Part shown: positions 25,766 through 40,198 of the stretch, piece after piece
Layout: each line of letters begins with the position of its first letter
How positions within the stretch are numbered: the stretch's first letter is position 1
Source of the DNA: Octopus vulgaris
Lineage: Eukaryota
Assembly (NCBI GenBank): GCA_951406725.2
Contig: OX597833.1
Span: 67,952,001 to 68,016,000, forward strand
DNA: 64,000 nucleotides
Reading direction: 5' to 3'
Program-made: the position numbers and the translations under genes
The notes under the pieces: generated by a model
What the model was told of the DNA's origin: nothing
Database searches by the model: none
The model's input: only the letters and a program-made list of their open reading frames with translations

Positions 25766-26151
25766 TTTGCGCAATGAAGGACGGAAAATATCTTCCGACC
25801 AGATACAGAGAGAGAGAGAGAGTGTGCCAGCGCGAAGGAAGGATCGAATCTTGCTACTTTACACAAGAGATGTCGGATAAATGACATGGAGAATGAGCAG
25901 AGAGATAGACTGAAGAAGGAGGTTGAAAATAAGAGGTAGTAACAGAGTCAGAGGGAATACGAAGTCCGAAATTATTGTCAAGACTAGAAGGAAAGGAAAC
26001 GCCTTTCGTAGCAGTCCTAACAGGAATTTACGAATATGTGAACCTGTAGAAGATTGAAGAGAGAAAGGTGGACTTGTCAATTAGAGATTCTGGTAGAAAA
26101 CGTAACCATATTGAGCTTGCATTTCTGGAAGGTATATTCGAACCACGAGGC

Positions 26152-26402
26152 CTTCTTCTTCTTCTTCTCCTCTTCTTCTTCTTCCTCTTCCTCTTCTTCT
26201 TCTTTTTCTTCTTTTTTTTTTCGTCTTTTTCTTTTCTTCTTTTTCTTTTTTCTCCTTTTTCTTTTTCTTTTTTTTTTCTTTTTTTCTCCTTTTTCTTTTT
26301 CTCTTTTTCTTCTTTTTCTCCTTTTTCTTCTTTCTTCTTCTTCTTCTTCTTCTTCTCTTTTTTCTTCTTCCTCTTCTTTTTCTTCTTCTTCTTCTTATTA
26401 TT
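26152..26402. repeat. (CTT)n/T-rich polypyrimidine repeat
   Basis: Directly visible. Confidence 0.95.
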
Positions 26403-26403
26403 A

Positions 26404-26630
26404 GGCGGCAGGGAGTCGGCAGAATCGTAAACATGCAGGACCAAATGCGTAGCCGTATTTCGTCTGCCGTTACGTTCCGAGTTCAAATTCAACCGAGGTC
26501 GACTTTGCCTGTCATCCTTTTGGAGTCGATAAATTAAGTACCAGCGAAGCACCAGGGGTCGATGGAATCGACTAATCCTCTATCCCCTAATTCCAAAAGC
26601 TCTCTGCCTTAGGTAGAATGGATTATTATT
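26404..26630 (+). mobile_element. SINE-B
   Basis: Matches 1775-2005 through the central domain. Confidence 0.85.
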
Positions 26631-27080
26631 TCGACGGTCTGAATCTATAGTTGAAAACGCTTGATCAGGTTACCGTGTAGAAGGACCGCTCACGCGCTTA
26701 TCACAAACAAATCTGTGTTCATGTTATTATAAAAACGACTTTTTTTCTGTTAAATTAAAGGATTGCACATTACATTTGTTAGAGTACAAATTCCTTCTTC
26801 TTTAATAAGAGTACTGACAATTTCGACCTGCTTACCCATCACCGAAGGAAAGAGCAGGATTCTCGCAATTAGAGAAGATTATATATACACAGATAAATGT
26901 TTTATTCTGAAACGCAGAATACTGCTTGTATAATAGCATGAGGATGATAAATTATATAAATTTTCTGCAAAATATCGATAATCTATCCTGTCCATGCTAT
27001 TATATTAGCATTATGCTGCGTTTGAGAATAATTTCCTTATCTGCATCTTATAGCAATCTTTGTTTACTTTCATCGTAAGT

Positions 27081-27149
<69 letters not shown>

Positions 27150-27336
27150 TATGCTGTAAAGTTACAGGCCGTGAGAAAAAGAAAATACAGGAGGGTTACT
27201 TAATTATCCTTTTATTCAACATTTGCCTCTCTGTGAACCACTTATTTAAGACCTGTAAAAGAACTCTGCAGTTTGGGCCTCCAGCCAGGCATTTCGCGAC
27301 ATCCTTAAAGCCAGTAGCTTTTCGTTGCCCCTCGTA
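27150..27336 (-). mobile_element. Mariner-derived MITE (family of 7170-7609)
   Basis: ttattcaacat...ctgtaaaagaactc...gcctccagccagg...ccttaaagccag...cccctcgta. Confidence 0.7.
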
Positions 27337-27349
27337 TATATATATCGTG

Positions 27350-27640
27350 TTTCTTGTTTCAGTCATTGGACTGTAGCCTTGTTGGGGACACTGTTTTGAA
27401 TAGAATAAGAAATCGATTTAGTTTTTAAACTATGGTACTTATTACAAAGGTATCTTTCGTCAAAACTTCTGTCACGGTCATGTAACAAGCCGACACCTGT
27501 TATCAAGCTGTGATAAAGGACGAAGAAAGAAAGACATACGTCCCCATATGTGACAATCTTCATTCAGTTTCCCTCTACCAAATCTATTCGCAACGCTTTG
27601 TTCAGTCCGCGGCTGTAGTAGAAGAAACCTGCACGAATTA
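27350..27640 (-). mobile_element. Diverged SINE-A
   Basis: cttgtttcagtcattggactg, ttcagtttccctctaccaaatc. Confidence 0.65.
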
Positions 27641-27714
27641 CCGCTCAGTAAGACTGAACACAATTCCACGTGTATAAAAAAAGATTCTCTCAACAGTACA
27701 GCATCGCCGATATA

Positions 27715-27760
<46 letters not shown>

Positions 27761-27763
27761 CTT

Positions 27764-27818
<55 letters not shown>

Positions 27819-27819
<1 letters not shown>

Positions 27820-28027
27820 AAGCTGGACCTCTTTCTGTCAGGTGTCCCAGATGAACCAACTTCGCGGCAGGAGGTGCAGATGAGGGCAGCTGCATTGAAC
27901 TCTCTCATGCACCAGATGGCAATTGCTAAAAAGCATTCGTGACGTAAAATCAAGTAGCAACACCAAATGGCGGTGCCCCAGCATGGCCACAGCTTGTGAG
28001 CTGAAACTAGATGAAAATAATAATAAT

Positions 28028-28033
<6 letters not shown>
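27819..28033 (+). mobile_element. 3' end of CR1/L2-group LINE (third copy), with (AAT)n tail, inside (TA)n
   Basis: Homologous to 5745-5940; reads [40 protein letters not shown]. Confidence 0.8.
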
Positions 28034-28071
<38 letters not shown>

Positions 28072-29297
28072 TTATTTATTTGTGTGCGTGAATGAGTGCG
28101 ACTTAGTAGATATGTGAGCATAAGAGCAACATTAATATAGCCATGTATTAGTCTGTATATTGTATAAAGTCGTTTCCCAATCACGATTTACAGTGATTTT
28201 GTATGATGTAGCATCTGTCATTTACATACGATTTAAAACACAGTATTGTCTGTTATAGTTTAATGTCCAACCAGTTCTAACATTTCACAATAAACCTTTC
28301 TAACATTTGTTATTTTATATCTTCTACAACTGATACATTATTCAGTGTGTTTCGTTCTGGTGTCTATTGATGCGGTGATTTCATTCCATAACCTGCTGCT
28401 TCTCTTTTTATATTTAAATTTCCTTTATCTGACGCATTAGATTTGTCATATTTTAGTAATAACTTTACTTCTAACATACTAATAAATTTAGTTCAATCTA
28501 TGAAAAAAAAAAAAGAAACGTTATCGATTTCTCAGTGTTTTAAATATTTATTCAATGTTTCAGTGTGTTTCAATTTCTGTCCATGTTGCATAAGAATATA
28601 ATAAACACATACATATCTGGATGTGTGTGTTTGGGTGTGTATAAACATGTTATTTATGCATAATGACGTGGAGCCAATGACAGTCAAGCATTCTGCTAAA
28701 GAACGGCAGCCACATCTCTTTCATTCCACACCCTATCGTATATTAAAAGTATGATATGATTCCTTGGGTAACGTGAGGGTAACTGTGCCTCTCAGCTGGA
28801 AAATACTGAATCGATTCAACCGATGTATTAAAGCTCTGATTGATAAATGCGCATCTAGGGTTCATAACGAAACCCCAGAATACGTTGTGTGCCTTAGGAC
28901 CGTTGAATGCTCATTTTCTATGTCCTATAACTTTCTACACGTAAGAAATGCAGCCCAACGAACAGATATACAATGTTGACGCCCCTATCGATTGTATACA
29001 ATGTTCTTCAAATTACGCTTGCCATCAATTAAATGTGTTTGAATTATTCAAGCATTTTGCAACTAAGAATATGTTTTTTTTTTAACTCAAAAGTACAAAA
29101 TTATCCGCACAGCAACTTCTCTGATTATAAATTTTGCTTGCTTATTATTGATCTAACTCTGAATCGGTGTTCTTCTAGCGTTGAATATATATATTATACG
29201 AAGCATATTTGAATGTTGCCGTCTTCTGAACCATCCAAGTGCAGGATCACAGCCTAAATATTTTGCCTTAAAAAACAAAAAATAAAACAAGAACAAT

Positions 29298-29456
29298 TGT
29301 AATTTCTAGAAGTTTCTAGAAATTACATGTTGTTATAAAATGGCTTAACCCATTTCTGCACATAGTCCGACTAAGCAAACCAGCTGGTGGGTAACCAAAT
29401 GCGAGGTGGAATAGATATTCCGAAGTTTCTAGAAGTTTAATCTAATACTATAAAAA
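29298..29456 (+). promoter_or_regulatory. Two heat-shock-element arrays, each followed by TATAAAA
   Basis: TTCtaGAAgtTTCtaGAA at 29304-29321 and GAAgtTTCtaGAA at 29422-29434; TATAAAA at 29334 and 29449. Confidence 0.4.
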
Positions 29457-30619
29457 GTTGATGTATTGAACTACAACATAAGACGCAACACAGGTCTTTC
29501 ATTACATAATGTTTTGTAGTAAACGGTATTAACTATTTTATGTATACTATTCATTCAAATATATGTTTTATATATGTTAATATCTATGGTCCGATTAATA
29601 AAAAAATATGTAAGGGAGTTTTATTGTTAGTATGAATATTCTCACCGTCCAACATTTCCTACCAAATAAACTGGACTATAAACGATGGACTGACTACCAG
29701 GTCCACTAAAGCTGAATCTATGGCTTATATTTCAACTCTTTTGATGTAGAGATTTCACCAATATATATGTGTGTGTGTGTGTGAAATGTGAGAACTTCTG
29801 CTAGCTATACACGGAATCTAAATATATATTAACGACGGAAGTCTGCTCTGCAGGGCATCACATTCAAAATACAACAAATTTATCGCAGCCATTTGATATG
29901 GAAGAATCCAAACGGAACACCTGTAAGCAGCTTCTTTACAATGCTTGCCTATAATTGTTTTTTTTTTTTTTTTGTTTTGGGTGTTTTTCTCGCTGACGAT
30001 TGGTTCACGCTACAGGAAACCCTTGGGCTAGAGCCAAAACAAATATTTATATTTGTGTAAGTATTTTATTTTCCACATATATCTGTGAGAGATTTCCTCC
30101 CACCAAAAACAAAAAAATGTGTCATATTATAAAACGATCTACGTCTTGTATTAAACAGAACACGATTTTACCACATAAAATATTCCGAGGAATATGCAAA
30201 GAATTGTTCGTACTCTATTCCTTACTTGTTTTCGTTACATATGTAGATACGTACATATATCTATTAAGTATTTCTACGCATGTGTGTCGATATATATTTA
30301 TATACGAAAGTACATCTGATTGTGTGTGTATGTGTATTTGTGTTCTGGTGGTGGTGGTGGTGGTTGTGATGGGGGTAAGCGCGGCCAACGCCCGTTCTAA
30401 CATGGCGATTGAAGTTTTAAGGGAATACATAAATTTAGCATTTTACTTTGATCTGTGAACTCATTGATTTCAAATGGGTAAAAAAAAAATTCTAAAACTC
30501 ATTCGTTTGAAACACAGACACACACGCACACATAGGCACACAAGATTTATAAATATATATGTGTGTGTTTGTATGTGAGTATATACGTCTACATATACTG
30601 TACAAATGAATTAAAAATA

Positions 30620-30759
30620 TATCATATATATATATACGCCACATATATATATATATATATATATATACGTACACAAATAGATCAAACTAAACAGAAAAGA
30701 TATATGTGCTTTCACAGAATATTATCTAAAATAGTATTTGATATTAATATTAGATAAAG

Positions 30760-30795
<36 letters not shown>

Positions 30796-31000
30796 CATAA
30801 ATAGATATATAAACATATATGTATATATATAAATATAAATGGATATATAAACCTATGCATATATCAACATATATGTGTATATAAACAAATCTATATATAG
30901 AAACATATATCTCTATCTATCTATCTATATATATATATATATATATAATATATATATCTATATATATATAAACACATATCTATACATATATATTATAAAC

Positions 31001-31095
<95 letters not shown>

Positions 31096-31151
31096 TAAAC
31101 ATATATATATATATATATGTAAACACATATCTATACATATATATTATAAAC

Positions 31152-31203
<52 letters not shown>

Positions 31204-31311
31204 ATAAACATATTTATAAGTATGTGTGTGTTTATATATATGTATATACATAACATGCCTATGCTTGTATATAGTTATGTGACTGTGTGCATATTAGAAA
31301 CTCCAAGAAGT

Positions 31312-31352
<41 letters not shown>
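30620..31352. repeat. (TA)n/(CT)n compound microsatellite cluster with internal duplication
   Basis: Directly visible. Confidence 0.9.
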
Positions 31353-31356
<4 letters not shown>

Positions 31357-31730
31357 CATGTATATATATTAATATTCATTGTTGGAAGATCAGAAAGGGG
31401 AGATCACCGATGGCTTTGTAACCACTTTGAGACTTGTGAGTTTGATTGATGTTCTAGATTTTTCGGTTTGAACTTCTCTTTGTAGAAGCATGTAGTGTAA
31501 ATGTGAACAGAAAAAGCCAATTCGGGATGACTGTAACCCCACTGAGGATGCTTTAGGTAACCTGTTCATCGATTAATAATGTAAAGTATTGATAATTTTT
31601 CTCCATGTGGATGTGAGCCCTCATGTGTAATTCCAGTGTAAAGTCAATGACTTGGTGTCTAAACCTTGTGTCACTTTGGTGTGTTCAGTGAAACGGACAT
31701 TGTTTTCCGTTTTATAAGAAACATGAAGAA

Positions 31731-31893
31731 GGCGCAGGAGTGGCTGTGTGGTAAGTAGCTTGCTAACCAGCCATATGGTTCTGGGTTCAGTCCCACAGCG
31801 TGGCACCTTGGGCAAGTGTCTTCTGCTATAGCCCCGGGCCGACCAATGCCTTGTAAATGGATTTGGTAGACGGAAACTGAAAGAAGCCTGTCG

Positions 31894-31925
<32 letters not shown>

Positions 31926-32110
31926 TGTGTGTGTTTGTGTGTCTGTGTTTGTCCCCTTAGCATTGCTTGACAACCGATGCTGGTGTGTTTACGTCCCCAT
32001 CACTTAGCGGTTCGGCAAACGAGACACGATTAGTGCTGGGGTTCGATCTGTTTGACTCACACATTCAAAGCGACCCCAAAGCCTGGCCGCGGTACATTTA
32101 CTGAAACAAG
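31731..32110 (+). mobile_element. SINE-A (young 5' part, more diverged 3' part)
   Basis: Near-identical to 2535-2840 up to about 32025, then degenerate tail. Confidence 0.85.
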
Positions 32111-33000
32111 GAAATGAAGTTCAAAAAAGAAAAGAAAATCCCTCTAGTAACCTTCAAAAGAATTCCCTTATGAAGATCTATTCGTCTCGTGAGCTAAAGT
32201 AAAATATATATTTTTTAAGTCGTGTACCGTAGGATTGAATACGAAATCGTATTATTACGAAGTGGATCTTTTAACTACATCTTAACGCCTATTATTTCTA
32301 AGTGGTAAGGTGAGACGTATACATTAGCTTCTGTCTGCCTCGTGTATCTATATTCTAGATACACATGGGACTGATATAATTCATAAAACAAGATAAAAGT
32401 TTGGCGGAGCTTGTAGATATGATATTTTGCGCCGTAGGGAGTTCACTGTAAAACAGTAAAGGATTACGTCAGTTAGAAATGTTACCAGAAAGAGAGAGAT
32501 GGGGGTTATGTTTGCAATTGGAGGGAAAATAGGACAAAGAATGAGATAACAAAAGCAACAGAGAAAGAATATGCGTCAATGAAGGGTTAGTATATATGCT
32601 TCACAGACACACACATACGCGCACGCAGTTACTGGTGTGTGTTTCTATAAATGTAGGTTCGAGTTCGCCGATAACCTTTGGCTTTTTGTATCCAAAGTGT
32701 TTTTAATCCAATTTTTGCAAACTATTAGTTTTAGTCATTTATGCTTCGATATTCAGTGTTCTTATAAAATACATGTATATTGTGTAGATAGGGTTAAAAT
32801 CCAAGCTATCCCTTCTTGAATTACCTCTACTTATTCCAGTATACCGAATCCGTACGAAGATGTTATATTTGTGCGAGGTATGCGTGTAAGTTGAAAACTC
32901 TGGAAAATATATTTTGCATATATCAAAACAGGAGATAAGAACAAAATATTTGGTATAAGTTATTCATCATATAATATATATATATATATGGAAAATTTGT

Positions 33001-33084
33001 TGTTGAAAATGCACCTAAATTTGAAGAAATTGTAATCGTTTATAAACAGTCGCAAGTTTTTCAAATTTAGGTACATTTTCAACA
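33001..33084. repeat. Imperfect ~84-bp palindrome between (TA)n tracts
   Basis: tgttgaaaatgcacctaaatttgaa ... ttcaaatttaggtacattttcaaca, centred on gtttataaac. Confidence 0.85.
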
Positions 33085-33143
33085 CGTTTTCCTAGATATT
33101 TTCCTGCGTGGAAATGCACCTGTTCTTTTATTATATACATTAC

Positions 33144-33189
<46 letters not shown>

Positions 33190-33880
33190 CAGGATGTGAT
33201 ATGGAGCTAGTAGTCCGCGTAGTAATCAATTACAATGTAATATACTGTATTCAGTAACGGAAAATTCCAAAAATCCGAGTGAGGAAAATATTAGCATAAA
33301 GTCAAGCCAATAACAATTGTAATTCCATATAATTACAGCCGTTTCGTAATCTTTTTCACTGTGCAAAAAATTTATATGTAAAAGAAAAACAAGCAGTTAG
33401 ACTTTCATTAAATTGATAAAAATAGTGACAGACATCTCACCAAGATCACGGAAGCAACATATTTACATCTGTGGTGTGTGTGTGTGTGTCTGTGTGTTTG
33501 TAATCGTTTTTTTTTTTTGTGTTGAGTACGGAGATATTATTCTGTTTGTGAAACGACGCACCGAATCAACGAGGTGAACGGAGAAACATCTAGAATTTCT
33601 CGAGAAAGTCTATTCGTTCACTTGGTGCATGGAAGTAATGTCACGTTAACACAGGGTTCCACCGAAGCATATACTAAACACATATTTGCTTTCTTTCTTT
33701 TTGTGCCACATGTGATATGTTTCCTACCGAGACATACATGTAGATTTATGCATCAAACGGAAATATGGTATCACGTGCTCATACAATGAAGAACACAGGC
33801 ATAAATAATGTAGATATTATATTTGTATTTACACGAAGCATTTGTTAATCTATATAGACGTATAATTATATATGTGTCGG

Positions 33881-33951
<71 letters not shown>

Positions 33952-34024
33952 GTCTATCTGTCTATTTCTCTATTTCTCTATCTATCTATCTGTCTATTTC
34001 TCTATCTATCTATCTGTCTATTTC

Positions 34025-34121
<97 letters not shown>

Positions 34122-34266
34122 GTCTATTTCTCTATCTATCTATCTATCTGTCTATTTCTCTATCTATCTATCTATCTGTCTATTTCTCTATCTATCTATC
34201 TATCTATCTATCTATTTCTCTATCTATCTGTCTATTTCTCTATCTATCTATTTCTCTATCTATCTG

Positions 34267-34340
<74 letters not shown>

Positions 34341-34366
34341 CGCCTGCCTGCCTGCCTGCCTGCCTG
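33881..34366. repeat. (TCTA)n tetranucleotide repeat ending in (CCTG)n
   Basis: Directly visible. Confidence 0.95.
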
Positions 34367-35034
34367 CGTATACCATCACAAACACAGAGAAATATTTAGA
34401 CATTTTGTAGTCTTCTTACGTAGAATCACACTCGAAAATAAAATTCCCTATATATGCACACACACACCCTTTACATACGACGACCCTACCCATCTACTAA
34501 ATATGGTTTACATTAACTTTCGAACCGCTCCTCTCTTTTATCCTGTATGTTATATTAGATACCTTACGACAGCCGTAACGATACACGCTATACACACACA
34601 CACACAGAAAGCTTTTCCTATTTTAATGGTTCAGGTTATGGTGTGGGGTATCGCCAGTTAAATTAACTTTATAATAGCCATTTCTACGTGGTTAGCTTTT
34701 GGTGATATTGTTGCCCTTGCTTGATTTTCTTGATGTGGGTTGATGTCATTTAGGATATTGGGTACTAGAAGGGCAAAGATCTTATTGAACTCATCACCTC
34801 CCACCACTCAATTTAGGTCCCACAGGCATCATAGTGAACCATGATATGGCTGTGTGTCATTGGATATCGGGCTATTGAATATCTTGTTTGTACTCTAGAC
34901 GGGATGGGTGGGACATTTCAGCTTTTGAAAAAATATCTACACGCACATACAAGCACATCCTCTCACAGACATGCACATCACTCCACACACACTCACTCAG
35001 AACATATGTATACACACACACATGCACATAGATG

Positions 35035-35411
35035 TACTCCGTCGGTTACGACGACAAGGGTTCCATTTGAGCCGATCAGCGGAACAGCCTGCTCGTGAAA
35101 TTAACGTACAAGTGGCAGAGCACTCCACAGACACATGTACCCTTAACGTAGTTCTCGGGGAGATTTAGCCTGACACAGAGTGTGACAAGGCTGTCCCGTT
35201 TGCATTACAGGTATAACAGAAACAGGAAGAAAGAGTGAGAGAAAGTTGTGGTGAAAGAGTACAGCAGGGTTCGCCACCACCTCTGCCAGAGCCTCGTGGA
35301 GCTTTAGGTGTTTTCGCTCAATAAAAACCCACAACGCCCGGTCTGGAAATCGAAACCGTGATCCTACTGCCGTGAATCTGCTGCCCTAACCACTGGGTCA
35401 TTGCGACTCCA
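35035..35411 (-). mobile_element. SINE-D (tRNA head + Ceph-like centre + tail 2), full length
   Basis: Head and centre shared with 24399-24692; tail shared with 47720, 57125 and 57940 copies. Confidence 0.85.
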
Positions 35412-35749
35412 CACATACGGATACACATAGTCATTCATTTTACATTTTGCTTAAAATAGATCGTGCACCAATCTAGTTTAGTTTTCTTGCAAGCATCGCT
35501 GCTGATTATTTGACGAATTATGAGTTAACATAAACAAAACTGTAAATAATTTATCAACTGAACTAGCCATCTTCTGGTTAGTTATATTCAGTAACTGCTG
35601 GTATATTATGAGCTGTTGAAGAGTGATCCACCCAAAGTATTATGTAATATTATATTAAATATCCTGAGGTTGCACTAAAGACTGCTTCACCAGGTTCCTA
35701 ATATATACGTAATGTATATACGGGTGTGTATATTTATGTATGGGTGAGT

Positions 35750-36103
35750 GTGTACATGTGTGCGCATGTGCGTATATGTGTTTATATATGTGAGCATATG
35801 TATGTATATGTATATATGTATACCTCTATAATATGCTTACATACATACACACACATGTATATAACATGGATTTAGGTGATTATGTATATATACGTATATA
35901 GATATATATGCATATATATAATGATGTATGTGTTTATATATGTGTATATATATATAAGGATGTATGTATATATATATATAAATATATAAGGATGTATGTA
36001 TATATATATATATATATATATGTGTATATATATATATATATATATGTGTGTGTGCTTGTATATATATGCATATATATATACTTATATGTAATGTATATGT
36101 GTT

Positions 36104-36150
<47 letters not shown>

Positions 36151-36155
36151 ATACG
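35750..36155. repeat. (TA/TG)n compound microsatellite
   Basis: Directly visible. Confidence 0.9.
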
Positions 36156-36659
36156 CGCATGCATGCGTTCATATTTTGTAGTGCACCAGACGTTTTACGT
36201 AACTCACTTCGCATCTCTTATCTGTCTCCCATCTTGCTCACACACCAATTCACAGATTTGTTCTATCTCTGCATTATCTTGAAAAAAATATACATACTCA
36301 AATATACAAATAAATAACTAAAAGAATCTCAAATAAGCAAATGCTACTAGAGATACCCCAGGCCTCTATAATCCTCCTTCTGGCATCTCCCCCATCATAT
36401 CTTTTGATTCCTTGCCTCTTCCAGTCAATCGTTGGGGCTTTATTCATATGTTATCGTCTGCTTGCTCTTTCATAATATTTCCTGTGTTTGTTTCGCACCA
36501 CCCTCCTCTCTCTCTTTTCTCTCTAGCTCTCTCCCACCATCCCTCTCTTCTCCCTTCTCTCTCTCTCTACCTAAATTACTCTCGCTTGAATATAACTATG
36601 AATGTATATATAAGTGTATACGCACCTACGTGTGTGTGTATGTGTGTCTTTCATCCCTT

Positions 36660-37000
36660 CTTTGCTTTTGTCTGCAGACTGCGGTCATGCTGGGGTACTG
36701 CCTTGAGGAGTTTGTAGATGAATGAACTGAACGTAGTACAATTTTTTTGTAAAGCCTCATACGTATTAAATCGATCTCTTTTTGCCGAACCGAAATGTAC
36801 AGGGGCGTAAACACACCAACACTGCATATCAAGAAGTAGTAGAGGACGAACGCAAATACATATTAGCACCTATACCCGACGAGCTTCATTCAGTTTCCTT
36901 CAATGTATTCCACTCACCAGGCTTTGGTCAGCCTGATGCTATAACAGAAGACACCCAAGGTTCCACGGAGTGGGACTGAACCCTTAACCATGTGGTTGAG
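36660..37000 (-). mobile_element. Diverged SINE-A
   Basis: gactgcggtcatgctgggg, tttgccgaaccg, agtgggactgaaccc. Confidence 0.75.
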
Positions 37001-37646
37001 AGAAAGCTACCGATGTGATTGGGAGAATATACCTTATGAAAAAATATGCTTCAATATAACTTTTGAAAGAAGAACCAAAGTGGGTAGCGTATACCGATAT
37101 TGCTATTCTCTACTACAGGGTATACTTATAAGTCTTTGAACGTTGTATGCGGCTCAACAAACCGCGGTAAATTAGCCCAATTGGAGTACAAATGAAATTC
37201 TTGGAAGCTAATAGGGACTCGTTAGACGTAACTAAAATTATATTAAAAAAAATCTTATTCTTTTTTTAAGACAGAAGTCTTTCTTCGGGCAAATGAGTAT
37301 CTGTCCAATGTAAGGGACGTACAAATAGATTCAATAAACCTCTTGAATTCAAAGAATCTATGACTTTATTCCTTTCAAAAAAAAGGGGATAGCGTCGCCG
37401 TAAATGAATATATTATGCGGTAATTGGTTAAAAAAGTTCCCCGACCTCTGCTATACATCATAAATACTTTGTCTCTATATCCAATACCTTTGTGGATATG
37501 AATATGAGAATCAGCAGAATTTCTTTTAATCCGCTGTTGTGAGGTCCTCAGCAAGTGTCTAAGCTTTCCACAGAGTAACATGCCCTTTACAAAGCTCTCT
37601 GCACGATACGACACGTGTAGTGTAATTATATGTGTGGGCGTGCGTG

Positions 37647-37691
<45 letters not shown>

Positions 37692-37693
<2 letters not shown>

Positions 37694-37885
37694 CGAGAAG
37701 GTTTACGAAAATAAACAAAAGACGAAGGCAGGTGGAGTACAAACAAACAAATGTATTAGTATAGGGCTCAAGAATAGAAATAGAAAAAAGTCTTTTACGT
37801 TTCAAGCCTGCGCTCTTCGACAGAAAGATACACAGAAAAAAAAACAAGGAGAGAAACAAGGAGAGAAAAAATGCATGTAGGAGCT
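37692..37885 (-). mobile_element. Penelope-like terminal remnant abutting (TA)n, with hammerhead-like motif at 37791-37828
   Basis: Minus strand TCTTT-CTGTCGA-A-GAGC-GCAG-GCTT-GAAAC-GTA-AAAGA; homologous to 20926-21110. Confidence 0.65.
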
Positions 37886-37939
37886 ACACACACTGTATAG
37901 TATTTGTAACGTACATACATATACAAGATGGTACAATCT

Positions 37940-38362
37940 TTAGCAACCCTGGCAAAAAGCTTAGCAGTATTTTATCCCTCTTTACCTTCTGAGTTCAAGT
38001 TGCGTCAAGGTCAAGGTCGACTTTCATACTTTCGTGGTCGGTAAATTAAGTAGCGGTGAAATACTGGGGTCTATGTAATAGACTGGTCCCTTCCTCTCAG
38101 AAATTCAGGCCTTGTGTGTTTAGTTGAAAGTATCATTATTATTATTACTATTATTATTAAATCGGCCAGCTAGCTGGATCAGAGAAAATGCTTAGCGATA
38201 TGTCATCTGTCAATACATTCTGTGTTCAAATTCCGCTGAGGACGATTCTGTCATTGACTCCTTCGAGGTCGATGAAATAAATATCAGTTTTGCACTGGGG
38301 TCTATGCAGTCGACTATCCTCTCTCCTCAAAATGTCAGGCCTTGAGCCAAAATTTGAAATTA
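37940..38362 (+). mobile_element. Two diverged SINE-B copies head-to-tail, separated by (ATT)n
   Basis: Two sets of ttctgagttcaa / ggtcga / ctggggtct blocks. Confidence 0.7.
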
Positions 38363-38691
38363 TTGTAATTAGCTATAGCTGAAACATTTTAGTAGTCCCA
38401 ATCGTATTATATTTCGTTTCCCAGTTTGCCTATCGTTAGATATCCAATTCAGATTTTCTCTATCCTGTTGTTTCTTTCTGTGTTTTTTTCTTTCATTTTT
38501 GTTTTATGTTAATTGGCCCCCTCACTCTCTCTTGCTTGGTCGGCCTTTGTCTATAGACATACGAACAATCAATGCTATAAATAGACAAACACGCATGCGT
38601 GAACTGGTATATATAAATACGTACACACATAAAAACATATTTCAACGCGCATGCATACATATATCTTTCTCTTATTTTATCTTATCGCATG

Positions 38692-38736
<45 letters not shown>

Positions 38737-39679
38737 CTAACCGTTGTTTTTGCCTATCTGTGTATACACACACACACACGCGCAAGGGCCCACACACGTA
38801 CATGTATTCATTGATTTATAGGCATACGCTCGCACACATAACGATGTGGGTTTGTGTGTGTTTGCTTGTAAACCGCATCACAACAGCTGCATCTCGAGAC
38901 AAGATATCCAGATAGATCAGAAGGTTTTTATTATCCAAGCGGAAATGTAAACAGGGATTGCGTTTGCCAACATGTATGAAAGGGTCAGGAATTTGTGACC
39001 CTCAAATGTGTAGAGGAGAGATATGTTTCTGCAGATAATTTTGAGCTATTTCAGAAAACATTAAATTTATTACACAATTTCTTTCTTTTTCTCGCTCTCT
39101 CTTTCTGGATATGTGTGTTTGTGTATAGATATATGTATAGATATACATGTATATATCTATATCTATCTATCTATCTATCTCTCTCTATATATATATATAT
39201 ATGAGGGCGGGGAGATCGTGAAGTAGAGATTATAATAGAATATGAAAGAGGAAAAGTATGAGAGATAAACACAAGGAATGGTGAGAGGAAGATGATTATT
39301 AGGCACATATGTTCAAAGATACAGTCTGTCCATTGCTTACATATACTTAATATTAAAGTGTGAAAAACAACAAACATACTCCCGTGCTCACTCGATGACA
39401 AACAACAGCTGTCTACACCTATCTCTCTGTCTATCTCCTCCCCCCTTCTCTCTCTCTATCTCTCTGTCTATCTATCTATCTATCGTGTCTTGTCCGTGTA
39501 TCTATCTGTTCGTCTATGTGTGTCTGTCTATTATGTTTCTCTGTTTCTCCCTCCGCACCCGCTTTCTCTCTCTGTGTACGCATGTTCCCAGATGGTCAAA
39601 ATATCCATCGCCAAATACTTTCACCCATGAGCATTAAGACGTATATGCATATACATAATCTTTTTCTTTTTGTGATTCT

Positions 39680-39800
39680 CCTGAGTGGACGGTAGCTTTG
39701 TGAAATAAAGTGTCTTGCTCAAGGTTTTCAAGGCACCGAGGGGATTAGGAACTCAGAGCTTACGATCGGGAACAGAATACACTAAATAATAAGCCGCCAG
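39680..39800 (-). mobile_element. SINE-C head fragment
   Basis: gtgaaataaagtgtcttgctcaagg. Confidence 0.65.
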
Positions 39801-39987
39801 GCGACTTCACTTCCGAAATCATAAGAGAACTAGCATGACATTTATCAGATCGCACAACGTTGCCAATAGAAAGAACGCCATTTTAAAACATTATTTGAAT
39901 GGGCGTTAATGGAGGGAGAAGAACAAGAGAGTAAGGCTGAAAAGTACATGGCGAAGAACGTTCATAAATGGTATAAGAGAGAAAAAA

Positions 39988-40198
39988 GGCGGTGAGCTGG
40001 CAGAAACGTTAGCACGCCGGGCGAAATGCTTAGCGGTATTTCGTCTGCCGTTACGTTCTGAGTTCAAATTCCGCCGAGGTCGACTTTGCCTTTCATCCTT
40101 TCGGGGTCGATTAAATAAGTACGAGTTACGATTTGATCCGTTTGTGTGTCCTTGTTTGTCCTCTCTGTGTTTAGCCCCTTGTGGGTAGTAAAGAAATA
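39988..40198 (+). mobile_element. SINE-B young copy with a small internal deletion
   Basis: Near-identical to 1775-2005. Confidence 0.9.

Noticed and set aside
26811-26850. Minus-strand tgatg...cgaaattgtc hammerhead-like string
   Set aside because: Stem II does not pair and the core is too degenerate
33823-34410. YLSI-repeat ORFs, and all [12 protein letters not shown] ORFs in the track
   Set aside because: Translations of microsatellites
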